Of a DNA stretch of 64,000 nucleotides, positions 1-9,181 are shown piece after piece (the stretch's first letter is position 1; each line of letters begins with the position of its first letter). Source of the DNA: an uncultured Gammaproteobacteria bacterium (GTDB lineage Bacteria; Actinomycetota; Acidimicrobiia; Spongiisociales; SHLN01); contig CAXMQV010000127.1 in assembly GCA_964195905.1 (NCBI GenBank), positions 17,681 to 81,680 on the forward strand. The letters are read 5' to 3'. The notes beneath the pieces were generated by a model. It saw nothing but the letters and a program-made list of their open reading frames with translations. It did no database searches and was not told the origin of the DNA. The position numbers and the translations under genes were made by a program.

Positions 1-1073
1 CGCATCGCCCCGGTCCCGCTGGTAGTGATAGAGATGACCTGGGACAGGCTGCGGTCATGGCCCCGCAGATTGGCGGCTTCGGCTCCATGGCAGAGAGCGC
101 AACTAGCGGCATACACCGCCGCGCCGCTGCGCGCGATGGTCGTCGTCGTCGTTGCCCCCGGAAGGGTCGTGGTCGGAATGCTCTGACTCAGCAAGTAATC
201 GGCCACGTTGCCGATCTGAGCCGAGCCGAGCTCGGGGAAACCCCGCATCGACCCGATCCCATTGCTGATGATCGACACCAGCTGGCTTCTGCTCCTGGAG
301 GTCGGAACCACATTGCCGCCATTGGCCCCGTGACACGCCGCACAATTCTGCGCCCACACCGTCGAACCGGAAGCAGCAAGAGTGGTCGTCGTCGTTGCCC
401 CCGGAAGGGTCGTGGTGGTTGTCGTCGTAGCGGGCACGGTCCCGGTCACGTAGTCCCAGATGGCACCGACTTGCTCATTGCTGAGATTGGACTGGGCGGG
501 CATTCCACCCTGTCCGTTGATCGTTATGTTGATGAAGGTTGAACGCGTCAATCCCGTGCCGCTGAGATTTCCCCCGTTTGGCCCGTGGCACGCCGCACAG
601 CGGGCACCGTAGAGGGCTTGCCCATCGGGTGGGGTCCCGGGAAGGGTGGTCGTGGTGGTGGGAGGAGCGCTGCTCGACGGATCGCCCGGCAGGGACAGCT
701 GCTGAATTTCGGCACCGTTCTTGACCCCGTCACCGTCCGAATCCGCGTTGAGGAGGGCAGGGGCCAGGAAGTTCTTGTCTCCGAAATCGCCATCCTCCCA
801 ATCCTGACCGTACTGGTTGAGGTTGTTCTCGCCGGGATGCACGGGATCGGTGTGGCACAACACGCACGAATCCAGCGCAGATCCGGCCGCAGCCGGAAAC
901 GCTTGAGCAAAACCGGACATGAACTTCTGCTTGGCATCTGCCCCGGGGGTCAGAAGCAGGAGCATCACTCCCAGGAAAACGAGCACCGCAACCGCCAGGC
1001 CAAGCAGCATCCGTCGCCCCCGGTGGGCGGAATTGAAGTCTCCGGGGCCCTCACCGATCGCTCGAGGTGTCAT
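1..1073 (-). CDS. membrane-anchored multi-domain c-type cytochrome (4 CxxCH sites seen); the 3' end runs off the window
   Basis: Absent from the ORF track because there is no stop in the window. Own translation of the minus strand from ATG (comp. 1071-1073) gives MTPRAIGEGPGDFNSAHRGRRMLLGLAVAVLVFLGVMLLLL (TM anchor), then CVLCH, then NADSDGDGVKNG. Three class-I cytochrome c modules follow (YGARCAACHG..GGMP, WAQNCAACHG..GSMRGFP, YAASCALCHG), joined by Thr-rich TTTLPG(A)TTTT linkers. Confidence 0.85.
   Translation of the reverse strand, partial: MTPRAIGEGPGDFNSAHRGRRMLLGLAVAVLVFLGVMLLLLTPGADAKQKFMSGFAQAFPAAAGSALDSCVLCHTDPVHPGENNLNQYGQDWEDGDFGDKNFLAPALLNADSDGDGVKNGAEIQQLSLPGDPSSSAPPTTTTTLPGTPPDGQALYGARCAACHGPNGGNLSGTGLTRSTFINITINGQGGMPAQSNLSNEQVGAIWDYVTGTVPATTTTTTTLPGATTTTTLAASGSTVWAQNCAACHGANGGNVVPTSRSRSQLVSIISNGIGSMRGFPELGSAQIGNVADYLLSQSIPTTTLPGATTTTTIARSGAAVYAASCALCHGAEAANLRGHDRSLSQVISITTSGTGAM
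138..660 (-). repeat. three copies of a ~25-40-nt repeat encoding the Thr-rich linkers of the cytochrome
   Basis: ggtcgtcgtcgt(cgt)tgcccccggaagggtcgtggt at 138-176 and 384-418, with a diverged copy at 637-660. Confidence 0.85.
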
Positions 1074-1229
1074 ACATTCACTCGCTCTTGTCGTTTTCCG
1101 TACGCTCTTCTTCAGCAAACGCAGGTCAATGCTCAACGTACGACATTGCCGGTTAACAGAACTCCATGGAACGGTTAAGCGATCGATAAGGCCGCCCGCC
1201 ACCCGGGCAGGAGGGCCTCGAAGCTAGCG

Positions 1230-2396
1230 TTGGCGGGAATGGACGATCACTCCGCGACCTCCATGCCAATCAAACGCATCGTGCAGACTGTGGCGTCCCT
1301 GGCCATCGTGGTCGGGATCTTCGTGTTCGCGTTTCCTCAGTTCGCAGATTACGGGGACGTGTGGACCGAGATTTCCGCCATGACCGGGATCGAAGTCGTG
1401 ACGCTATTCGGGGTAGCCATCTGGAATCTCGTCACCTACTGGTTCGTGCTCACCGCGGTCATGCCGGGCCTCACCTATCCCCAGGCCGCCATCTCGAACC
1501 AGGCCTCCACTGCCGTCGCCAACACGATGCCGGGCGGAGGTGCGATCGCGGTCGGCGTCACCTACGCCATGTATCGCTCCTGGGGATTCGGCAAGAGCGA
1601 GTTCGCCCTGGCGGCAGTCGTCTCCGGAGTGTGGAACAACTTCGCCAAACTCGGGATGCCGGTGCTGGCCCTCGCCCTCCTGGCACTGGAGGGCGACATC
1701 ACCGCCACCCGGGTGATCGCGGCCGTGGTAGGCATCGGAGTCCTCATCGGTTTCATCGCTCTATGGAGCCTGTTTCTCTACAAGGAATCACTGGCTCGCC
1801 GGATCGGCGCATTCGTCGGCCGGCTCGTTAGCCGGCTCCGTTCCCTGGTCCACAAACCGCCCGTCCACGATTGGGATGATGCCGGTGCCGACTTCCGGGC
1901 TCAGGCTCTCGGCCTGCTTCGCACCCGCTGGCTGCGGCTGACCGTGTCGACGCTCGTCAGTCACATCTCGCTCTATATCGTGCTGCTCGTGACCCTCCGC
2001 CACGTTGGAGTCGGCGATGGGGTGCTCTCCTGGATCCAGGTGCTGGCCGTCTTCGCCTTCATCCGGCTGATCTCGGCCTTGCCGATCACGCCCGGTGGCG
2101 TGGGCGTCGTCGAACTCGGACTGACCGTTGGCCTGCAGGTTGCCGCCGACCTGACCAATGTGAGCGAGACAACATTCGAGGCAAAGATCGCGGCGGCCGT
2201 GCTGGTCTTTCGAGCGATCACCTTCCTCCTCCCGGTCCCGCTCGGTGCCATCTCCTATCTCATCTGGCGCACCAACAAGAGCTGGCGGAAGCTACCCCCG
2301 CCGGACGATGAGGAGAGCGAGCCCGCCGGCGGCGATCCCGAGGGCGGCTCCCCCGATACTGTCGAGCGGGAGATGGGCACCCACATAGACCCGTAG
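1230..2396 (+). CDS. flippase-like / lysylphosphatidylglycerol-synthase TM-region family (UPF0104) membrane protein
   Basis: 388-aa polytopic ORF. The pattern FAFPQFADYGDVW...NTMPGGGAIAVGVTYAM...ITPGGVGVVE is typical of this family. The start may be ATG 1239. The 3' end overlaps the convergent PAP2 gene by 105 nt. Confidence 0.75.
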   Translation: MAGMDDHSATSMPIKRIVQTVASLAIVVGIFVFAFPQFADYGDVWTEISAMTGIEVVTLFGVAIWNLVTYWFVLTAVMPGLTYPQAAISNQASTAVANTMPGGGAIAVGVTYAMYRSWGFGKSEFALAAVVSGVWNNFAKLGMPVLALALLALEGDITATRVIAAVVGIGVLIGFIALWSLFLYKESLARRIGAFVGRLVSRLRSLVHKPPVHDWDDAGADFRAQALGLLRTRWLRLTVSTLVSHISLYIVLLVTLRHVGVGDGVLSWIQVLAVFAFIRLISALPITPGGVGVVELGLTVGLQVAADLTNVSETTFEAKIAAAVLVFRAITFLLPVPLGAISYLIWRTNKSWRKLPPPDDEESEPAGGDPEGGSPDTVEREMGTHIDP

Positions 2397-2891
2397 GGTG
2401 GCCGCCCCCGTCGCCAGCGCCCACAACAGCGACGCCCACCGCTTCGGAAGGTAGGGAGTGGCGATGACGGCGATGGTGAACCCGACCGCGGCGTGCCCCG
2501 ATATGAATCCGAGCCCCCCGGGGCCTCCGTCGAGCCGATAGGCCACCCCGTCTTCGAGCAATCCGCCCGGTCGCGGACGATCGACCACCGATTTTACGAC
2601 CTTGGCCAGCAGCCAGATGCCGAAACCCGTTGAGACGAGCGCCAGGGCAGGCTGGCGCTTGCGTGTCAGGTGCCAGGCCAGTGCCCCGGCTATGAACGGG
2701 GCCGCCACCATCCCGAACTGCATGATCGGATAGAGCGGCCCCGCCAGCCAGTCGGGCCAGCCGTTTACCCACTCGAAGGCCGTTTTCTCGGCCGCCGGCA
2801 CGTTGTCGTCCCAGGCCAGGGCGGCCGCCGCCACGAAGCCTGCCGAGCCTCCCGCCAGCGCCACCAGCTGGTCGCGGCGAGTGTCAAGCAT
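2292..2891 (-). CDS. PAP2-family lipid phosphatase
   Basis: PAP2 C1/C2/C3 motifs KVVKSVVDRPRP, SGH, RVYVGAHLPLD. Start taken at MLDTRR (ATG comp. 2889-2891), which overlaps the upstream stop by 8 nt. The ORF itself is open to 2951. Confidence 0.85.
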   Translation of the reverse strand: MLDTRRDQLVALAGGSAGFVAAAALAWDDNVPAAEKTAFEWVNGWPDWLAGPLYPIMQFGMVAAPFIAGALAWHLTRKRQPALALVSTGFGIWLLAKVVKSVVDRPRPGGLLEDGVAYRLDGGPGGLGFISGHAAVGFTIAVIATPYLPKRWASLLWALATGAATLRVYVGAHLPLDSIGGAALGIAAGGLALLIVRRG

Positions 2892-3567
2892 CGAGAACCG
2901 GGACCGCCGGGGCCCTGTTGCGGAGCCACCAGATATGTACGACGGTGGCAACCCCGACGGCGGCGGCGGCGCCCAGCAGCGTTCCGGCGATGACGTCGGT
3001 GAGCCAATGAGCTCGCAGATAGGTGCGGCTCATGGCCATGAAGAAGGCAAAGCCGACCGCCAGCAGCTCCCAGATCCGCCGGTGGGGACCGGCGGGAAGA
3101 AACACGATCACGAGCGCCACCGCGGTGACGGCACCGGCGATTGCGTGCCCCGAGGGGAACGAGGCACCGGTGGTGGAAACGAGCGGGTCAATGGGGCGGG
3201 GCCGGTCGTAGAGGACCTTGAAGAGAGTCACGGAAACCTCGGCCACCACAATCGAGGCCAGCCACACCGTGAGCCACTCCCACCGTTTCTGAGCCCAGAG
3301 CAGGCCGGCCACCCCGACTCGCAGCGGCAGGGTGACCCAGGTGCTTCCGAGGTAGTTGAACGCCTTGGCGAAGAAGGTCAAACCTCCGCTCTCGATCGAG
3401 ACCATCGAATCATGGAACGAGTCGTCGAGAGGCTGCAGCGTCGAGCGCCCGAGCGCCATCCAGATCATCAGGACCGCCGCCGAAACATAGAGGGCAACGG
3501 CCCCTCCGATCGCCCAGCGGGGGTCGTCGAAGAGGTGGGGATGCCGATGCTCTGGGGCTCCGGTCAT
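2884..3567 (-). CDS. PAP2-family lipid phosphatase
   Basis: Motifs KVLYDRPRP, PSGH, SRTYLRAHWLTD. ATGA start/stop overlap with the upstream lipoprotein gene at 3564-3567. Confidence 0.88.
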   Translation of the reverse strand: MTGAPEHRHPHLFDDPRWAIGGAVALYVSAAVLMIWMALGRSTLQPLDDSFHDSMVSIESGGLTFFAKAFNYLGSTWVTLPLRVGVAGLLWAQKRWEWLTVWLASIVVAEVSVTLFKVLYDRPRPIDPLVSTTGASFPSGHAIAGAVTAVALVIVFLPAGPHRRIWELLAVGFAFFMAMSRTYLRAHWLTDVIAGTLLGAAAAVGVATVVHIWWLRNRAPAVPVLDA

Positions 3568-4424
3568 CCGAGAATGCCCGCCGATCGCAGCACCCGCCTG
3601 ACCTCACCGGCCGGGAACAAACCGATTGCCTCCTCGATGTCACCGGCCAGGCGGTCGACCCCCGGACCTTCCGCATCGAACTCGTAGGTGATGCACCCAC
3701 CCTCGAAGACCTGGTACCACATCCCGACGAAGCTCGGTTTTGGCAGCCGCCCTTCGAGCCGGTCGAAGAGATCGTGCAACTCGAGGCCTCTCACCGATTG
3801 CATCTCATCGGGCATCTGCAGCGTGGCGGTCCGCGCGGCGGCATCCTGCTCATCGACAACGATGATCGGCCGGTCCCGGCGCGCCGCCGCTGCCACCTTG
3901 TCGGCCAGGGGAAGGTCACTGGTGTCGAAGATCGCGAATATCGTTCGGCCATTGATCTGGCGCGCCTCGAGCTCGTCCTCAATGGTGTGTGCGTAGTCGG
4001 ATTCGCGACCGGTCACCGGAACGATCACGATGGTGGCATTTGACCCGACCAACTCAACGTCCTGATACTCAGACACATCCTGGTTCGGACCGCCCGCCAC
4101 CGGCGTTGCGGATCCGATGTCGCAACTCGCAGTGAGCGACACCTCCAGGAATCTCGATCCGAGGCGATCGGAATCCAGCCAGAACCTGCTCAGGCCGTGC
4201 TCGGGAATGAGGTCCTCGTACGACCAGCCGGCCTTCAGGTCATTCAGGCATGGGACGTATTCGGCCGTGTCGACCGCCTGCATCTGCAGGATGATGGCAC
4301 CGCTGAATGTGGTCACGATTTGCGGGTCCACAGGGCACGCCGGCACCGACCGGCCGAGCTGGTTGTTGCTACAGGCGGAGGCAACGAGGACAACGGCAAC
4401 GAGCAGGATCATTCGCCGGCTCAT
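3564..4424 (-). CDS. lipoprotein of unknown family
   Basis: Start chosen at MSRRMILLVAVVLVASAC (lipobox L-V-A-S-A-C). ATGA overlap with the upstream gene at 4421-4424. No family motif recognised. Confidence 0.7.
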   Translation of the reverse strand: MSRRMILLVAVVLVASACSNNQLGRSVPACPVDPQIVTTFSGAIILQMQAVDTAEYVPCLNDLKAGWSYEDLIPEHGLSRFWLDSDRLGSRFLEVSLTASCDIGSATPVAGGPNQDVSEYQDVELVGSNATIVIVPVTGRESDYAHTIEDELEARQINGRTIFAIFDTSDLPLADKVAAAARRDRPIIVVDEQDAAARTATLQMPDEMQSVRGLELHDLFDRLEGRLPKPSFVGMWYQVFEGGCITYEFDAEGPGVDRLAGDIEEAIGLFPAGEVRRVLRSAGILG

Positions 4425-6181
4425 ACGAATCCGGCTCCCGTCAGATTGTCGATGACGAATCCGAGGAACCACAGTGCGGCCAGCACGGCCCCGGCCGTGA
4501 GCCCGAGCCGGCGTCTGCTCCACCGTTGCACCGAGATGGGCTCGCAGGGAGGGGCCATGTCCCGGAAGGTCTGGATGAGATCGGGCTCACCGGTCGCGAT
4601 GTACTGCTTGTGAGCCGAACGGGATTGGGTCGGAATGGTGATGCCGCTGGTTGCCGCGAACGCCTCGGCGATGTCGTCTGGCGTGAAGTAGTCGAGGGCG
4701 GTTTGGTACACATGGACCGGGTCGTGGCGCAAGGCAAGGATCAGCATCATGTTGGCGAGGTCGACGGCCTGGCGCCATGGACTGGGACGGACGGTGGCGA
4801 AGGCCACGTCAATGAGCTTGACCTCGCCGTTATGCACCATCACATTGGCCGGCTTGATGTCGCGATGGGCCAATCCGGCGTCCCATAGTTTCCGAATCAT
4901 GAGGAGGGACTGATGAACAATCGAATCATCGATGATGGCATCGCCAAATTCCTGAGCACCGAACAAGAACTCGGTGACGAGGAGATACTCCCGTTCGGGA
5001 GTGATCTCGACGATGCCGTATGGCTTGGCCGATGGAAGCCCGGCCTCCTGCATGCGCAGCATGATGTAGTCCTCGTACTCGACGAGGCGCCTCACAGACG
5101 AAAACTTGACTTCGTCTTCAAGCGAGCCATAGAGGATCGTCCGGCCCACCTTGTACCAGCGGTCCGAGCGAAGGTGGGTTTGGGAGTAGAGCTTTGCAAA
5201 CAGATACACATCCGGCTCCCCGGCGTCAGCGTTTGGAACCGTCAGCCGGAGCGGGGTCGATCCACCCGATCCCTCCAGCCCGAACGGCTTGAGCTCGAGA
5301 ACCTCGATGCCGAGCTGATCCTGGACGGCTTGTTTGATGGCGACGCCACGAGCCCCACCAACATCGAGGTGGGCAGTGACGCCCCGCTGGTTGACCACCG
5401 GGAAGACGGCTTCTGGCACGAACAACTTGAACACGAGCACCGCCACCGCAAAGCCCAGCATCGCTGCGAATATGCCGTCGCTCGGGTGATCGACTCCCAG
5501 GTATAGGCGGGCGATGATGAGGAGCCCGACGATGACCTCCGCCATTGTCATGAAGCGGTTGCGCCACTTACCCTTCGGGAACAGCGACATCCCCATCACC
5601 CCGAAGCTCACGGCCAATCCGGCGGCCGGAGCGGACGGATGGCTGTAGCCGGTCCAGGGGCCGATGATGTCGACGAGGGGCCGGGGTCTGGCCACTGAGA
5701 TCTCGAGAGCGTTCACGACCAGCATCACGATGAAGAGCGCGCCGAGGAGGCCGAAGAGGTGCCGCCAGCGCTTGTAAAAGATGAGCACGAGGATGGTGGC
5801 CCACCGCAGGGGACGGATGAACCACTGCGAGCCGAGTGCGTGCAAGGCATCCATGACTTTCGTCACCCCGTCGGTTCGCAAGTCCTGCAGCCAGCGGAGC
5901 ACCGTCATGTCCCGATCTGTCCACCAGTTGGTTGTCTCGGTGAATACGAACAGCGAGATCCATGTCACCACCATGATCAAGCCGGCGATGATCCAGAACC
6001 AGCCGCTCGCCCGGAGCTCTCGCGGCAGCGGCGGCTTTTCCCCGGACGGCCGGCGGCGCCGACCGCTGAATCGAAGCGAGCCGATCCGAAGCTCGCGGCG
6101 AGCGCCGATGCCGGCGAGCTCGGTACCGAGCCTGCCGCTCTGCTGATAGTCGCTCGCAGAATGCGGATGATCTTCAGTCAT
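4421..6181 (-). CDS. fusion protein: N-terminal PAP2-like membrane domain plus C-terminal protein-kinase-like (Kdo/WaaP/RIO-type) domain plus C-terminal TM helix
   Basis: PAP2-like variant motifs ISVARPRP, GYSHPS, ARLYLGVDHPSD. Kinase fold signatures LFAKLY (Lys), HRDIKPANVMV (catalytic loop), KLIDVAF (DFG-equivalent). Terminal helix LGLTAGAVLAALWFLGFVI. Confidence 0.8.
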   Translation of the reverse strand: MTEDHPHSASDYQQSGRLGTELAGIGARRELRIGSLRFSGRRRRPSGEKPPLPRELRASGWFWIIAGLIMVVTWISLFVFTETTNWWTDRDMTVLRWLQDLRTDGVTKVMDALHALGSQWFIRPLRWATILVLIFYKRWRHLFGLLGALFIVMLVVNALEISVARPRPLVDIIGPWTGYSHPSAPAAGLAVSFGVMGMSLFPKGKWRNRFMTMAEVIVGLLIIARLYLGVDHPSDGIFAAMLGFAVAVLVFKLFVPEAVFPVVNQRGVTAHLDVGGARGVAIKQAVQDQLGIEVLELKPFGLEGSGGSTPLRLTVPNADAGEPDVYLFAKLYSQTHLRSDRWYKVGRTILYGSLEDEVKFSSVRRLVEYEDYIMLRMQEAGLPSAKPYGIVEITPEREYLLVTEFLFGAQEFGDAIIDDSIVHQSLLMIRKLWDAGLAHRDIKPANVMVHNGEVKLIDVAFATVRPSPWRQAVDLANMMLILALRHDPVHVYQTALDYFTPDDIAEAFAATSGITIPTQSRSAHKQYIATGEPDLIQTFRDMAPPCEPISVQRWSRRRLGLTAGAVLAALWFLGFVIDNLTGAGFV

Positions 6182-6264
6182 AGATCCCCGATCCTACGGG
6201 CTCGCAGCCACCATGGCCGGACCAGCGGAGTAGCTTGTGAAACGGAATACCGCTAGGGGGCCTC

Positions 6265-9132
6265 ATGAGCAGTAGTTCGAGCACGGCTGGATCAGTCTTC
6301 TTCGAGTGGGTAAACCGCCACATCCGCCTCGTCACGGTGGCGCTGGTCGTCGGCGCCATCGGATTCCTCTTCCTCGGCGAGTCGATGAAGACCGACGAGG
6401 ACGTGACCTTTGAACCGACCGGCGAGATCTACGACACCTTCGAGCGAGCCGACGATCTGCTGTCGCCGGAGACCTCGGTGCTGGGAGCGATCTTTCTCGT
6501 CGAAGATCCGATTGATGTTCTGAACCGTGACGCCCTGCTGGAATACAAACAGAACTCGGACGCCCTCCGCGCCGACGGCACCGCCCAGAGCCACCTCGTC
6601 ACAGTGTTCAACAACGACACCGGGCTCGAGATCGAGGGTGTGTTCTCTATTGCCGACGCCGTCGACGCCGCCCTCCCTTCCGGATTGGCCGACGCCAGCG
6701 GGGCAGAAGTCAAACTGGCCTTGCACGAATTGCTGGCGCTCGACTCCCCAACTCGCAATCTCGTGTTCGCCCTCTCCCAGGACGCCACCTCGCCCCCTGC
6801 CGTCGTGGAGGGCCGGGAGATCAACTTGTGGCAGTCACCCGTGTTCTTGTCCGACGTCCGCTACAACCTCGACACGTTCCCCGGTGAGACCGAGGATGAC
6901 CGGTTGCTGGAGGCCGAGGTATGGCTGCGGGAGGCGCAAACCACGTTGCGAGGCAGCCAGACCAACATGGAAGCCATCGGCGTCGGGATCGACTTCAACA
7001 CGTCGTTCAACGAATCATTTGAAGAAGGTGGGCCGTATATCTTCCTGGCAGTCGCCTTCATCCTGCTACTCGTCGGAGCCCTGCTGCGGTCCTACTGGGC
7101 GGCAGTGACCGTGGCGGCGGGCTTGTCGGTCACGATGATGATTTTCAACGGGTTCATCGGCGTCTTCCAGTTGGAAGTGTCTCCGCTCCTCCAACTCATC
7201 GTGCCGATCGCTTTGATCAGCTTCGGCGTCGACTTCTTCATTCACGGGTCCGGGCGAGCCCGCGAGGTTCAGGTGGAGGGCGCTACCCGGGAGCGGTCCT
7301 ATCCCCTCGGCCTGAGCCTGGTGTTCAAGGCAATGCTGATGGCAGCTCTGTCGTCGGCGGCCGCCTTCCTGTCGAATGTGGCTTCGGGGATCGAAGCCAT
7401 CACGGAGTTCGGGGTGGGAGCGGCGGTCGGCTTGTTGGTCGGCGCCGCGATTCTCGGGCTGATCGTTCCGAAGTGGCTGCTGGTGATCGAGGACCGGGTC
7501 GGGCCCTCCCCGGCCGACCGCGGCTTGATGGTCACCTACAAGATCGGCTTCCTCTTCGTCGCCCTGATTGCCGGCGTCATGGTGGCGATGAACGTCGTGT
7601 TCCCCACCATCGGGGTCGCCATCTTCCTGATCTTTTCGCTGCTCTTCATCTACCTGCCGTATCGGCTCACGCTGCGTCGCAATGCCCGGGCCGTCGCGAA
7701 GGGCCGCCCGATGAGCGATGAGGTGAAGGGAGCAGGCCACGGCATGCGATCGGCCGGAACCATCGTGCACTTCCTGGCCCGCTGGCGAGTCATCACGATT
7801 CCGATCGTGGCGGTGTTGGCGGTGGCAGGCGTGTGGGGCGCCTTCCAGGTGAGCTCGGAATTCCAGCTCAAGGACTTCCTGCCTGAAGACAGCAACCCCA
7901 TCATCTCCCTCGACAAACTCGATGAGCACTTCGGGCAATCGACCGGAGGCACCGGATTCATCTACGTGGAAGGCGACCTGACCGAGCCGTCCACGATCCT
8001 GGCAATGGAGCAGGCGGTCGACCAGATCGTCAACTCGGGCGCCAAGCTCTCAATCGACTACAACGGAGACGTCATCGTTGGCGACAACGCTGCCAGCATC
8101 GTCCGCACCGTCATGGAATCGGCCGCCGCTCAGGCGGCGGTGACCGGATCCACCGGAGTCGAATTGTCTGATTCGGACAGCAACGGACTGCCGGACACGG
8201 CCGCCCAGGTCGCCGCCGTTTACCAGCACGCCCATGGCAACGGCGTTATCAACGATGCCGGACAGACGGTCTTCACCACCGAGAACATCCAGAGCCTGCT
8301 GTACGTCGGAGGCCCGACCACTCAGGCAACCGCGCTGTCGGTCGGCATCCCTTCGTTTGTGGACGGTGTCATCATCAACGACGCCAGGGCCGCATTGGAC
8401 GCCGCCGACGCCGACCTCGAGGCCGCCATCGGCGATCGGACCGAGATCATCAGCGTGTCGGGCGACGTCATCACACAGAAGGACGGCCTCGACGCGTTCG
8501 TGAACGCCATGGTCGTCAGCATTCCGATTGCGGTGGTGCTGGCAACCCTGATCGCGGCCGCCATCATGCGTTCGTTCAAGTACGCCCTCACCGCCATCGT
8601 GCCCATCTTGCTGGTGGTGGCCTGGGTGTACGGATTCATGTGGCTGACCGACCTCAAGATCAACCCGATTACGGCCACGATTGCCGCCATCGCCATCGGG
8701 ATCGGGATCGACTTCGCCACCCACTTCACCGTGCGGTTCCGAGAGGAGTTCGAGGGCGAACCGAGCCGGTTCCCGGCGCTGCGACGGGCCGGTGAAGGCA
8801 CGGGCGGGGCGCTGGCCGTGTCGGCGTTGACGTCGATCCTCGGCTTCTTCGCCCTCAGCCTGGCTCCGACACCGATCTTCGCCACCTTCGGCTTGCTCAC
8901 GGCGGTGATGATCGCCATCGCGTTCCTCGTGTCGATCGTCGTGTTGCCGAGCCTGCTGTTGTTCGTCACGCCGAGTCGCAAGGGTGAGGAGCGCGAGGAG
9001 CTCATCCGCCGGGTCGGCGTAGCAGGCGAGGAGTACGAGCCCCACAAGCGGGAAACTGCCCTCCGCCGCACCGGCGCCGATGCCAGCACCGAGGCCGAAG
9101 CAGCCGACGAAACCCTGTCAACCGACGGGTAG
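6265..9132 (+). CDS. MMPL/RND-superfamily transporter (HpnN-like lipid exporter architecture)
   Basis: 955 aa. Two hydrophobic blocks of about 5-6 TM helices (from GGPYIFLAVAFILLLVGALL and from AMVVSIPIAVVLATLIAAAIM), each preceded by a large soluble loop. Confidence 0.85.
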   Translation: MSSSSSTAGSVFFEWVNRHIRLVTVALVVGAIGFLFLGESMKTDEDVTFEPTGEIYDTFERADDLLSPETSVLGAIFLVEDPIDVLNRDALLEYKQNSDALRADGTAQSHLVTVFNNDTGLEIEGVFSIADAVDAALPSGLADASGAEVKLALHELLALDSPTRNLVFALSQDATSPPAVVEGREINLWQSPVFLSDVRYNLDTFPGETEDDRLLEAEVWLREAQTTLRGSQTNMEAIGVGIDFNTSFNESFEEGGPYIFLAVAFILLLVGALLRSYWAAVTVAAGLSVTMMIFNGFIGVFQLEVSPLLQLIVPIALISFGVDFFIHGSGRAREVQVEGATRERSYPLGLSLVFKAMLMAALSSAAAFLSNVASGIEAITEFGVGAAVGLLVGAAILGLIVPKWLLVIEDRVGPSPADRGLMVTYKIGFLFVALIAGVMVAMNVVFPTIGVAIFLIFSLLFIYLPYRLTLRRNARAVAKGRPMSDEVKGAGHGMRSAGTIVHFLARWRVITIPIVAVLAVAGVWGAFQVSSEFQLKDFLPEDSNPIISLDKLDEHFGQSTGGTGFIYVEGDLTEPSTILAMEQAVDQIVNSGAKLSIDYNGDVIVGDNAASIVRTVMESAAAQAAVTGSTGVELSDSDSNGLPDTAAQVAAVYQHAHGNGVINDAGQTVFTTENIQSLLYVGGPTTQATALSVGIPSFVDGVIINDARAALDAADADLEAAIGDRTEIISVSGDVITQKDGLDAFVNAMVVSIPIAVVLATLIAAAIMRSFKYALTAIVPILLVVAWVYGFMWLTDLKINPITATIAAIAIGIGIDFATHFTVRFREEFEGEPSRFPALRRAGEGTGGALAVSALTSILGFFALSLAPTPIFATFGLLTAVMIAIAFLVSIVVLPSLLLFVTPSRKGEEREELIRRVGVAGEEYEPHKRETALRRTGADASTEAEAADETLSTDG

Positions 9133-9154
9133 GGGCGCAAGGAGCATCGGACAG

Positions 9155-9181
9155 CCGGTGACTGGTGACCGGTGACTGGTT
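9155..9181. repeat. tandem heptamer array (CCGGTGA/CTGGTGA) x~4
   Basis: ccggtga ctggtga ccggtga ctggtta. Convergent spacer. Touches the flavin reductase stop codon. Confidence 0.9.

Noticed and set aside
57-542. 161-aa + strand ORF with a repeated RRRRCPRKGRG motif
   Set aside because: It is the antisense shadow of the cytochrome c gene. Its repeats mirror the Thr-rich linker repeats, its composition is Arg/Gly-rich, and the minus frame carries CxxCH modules.
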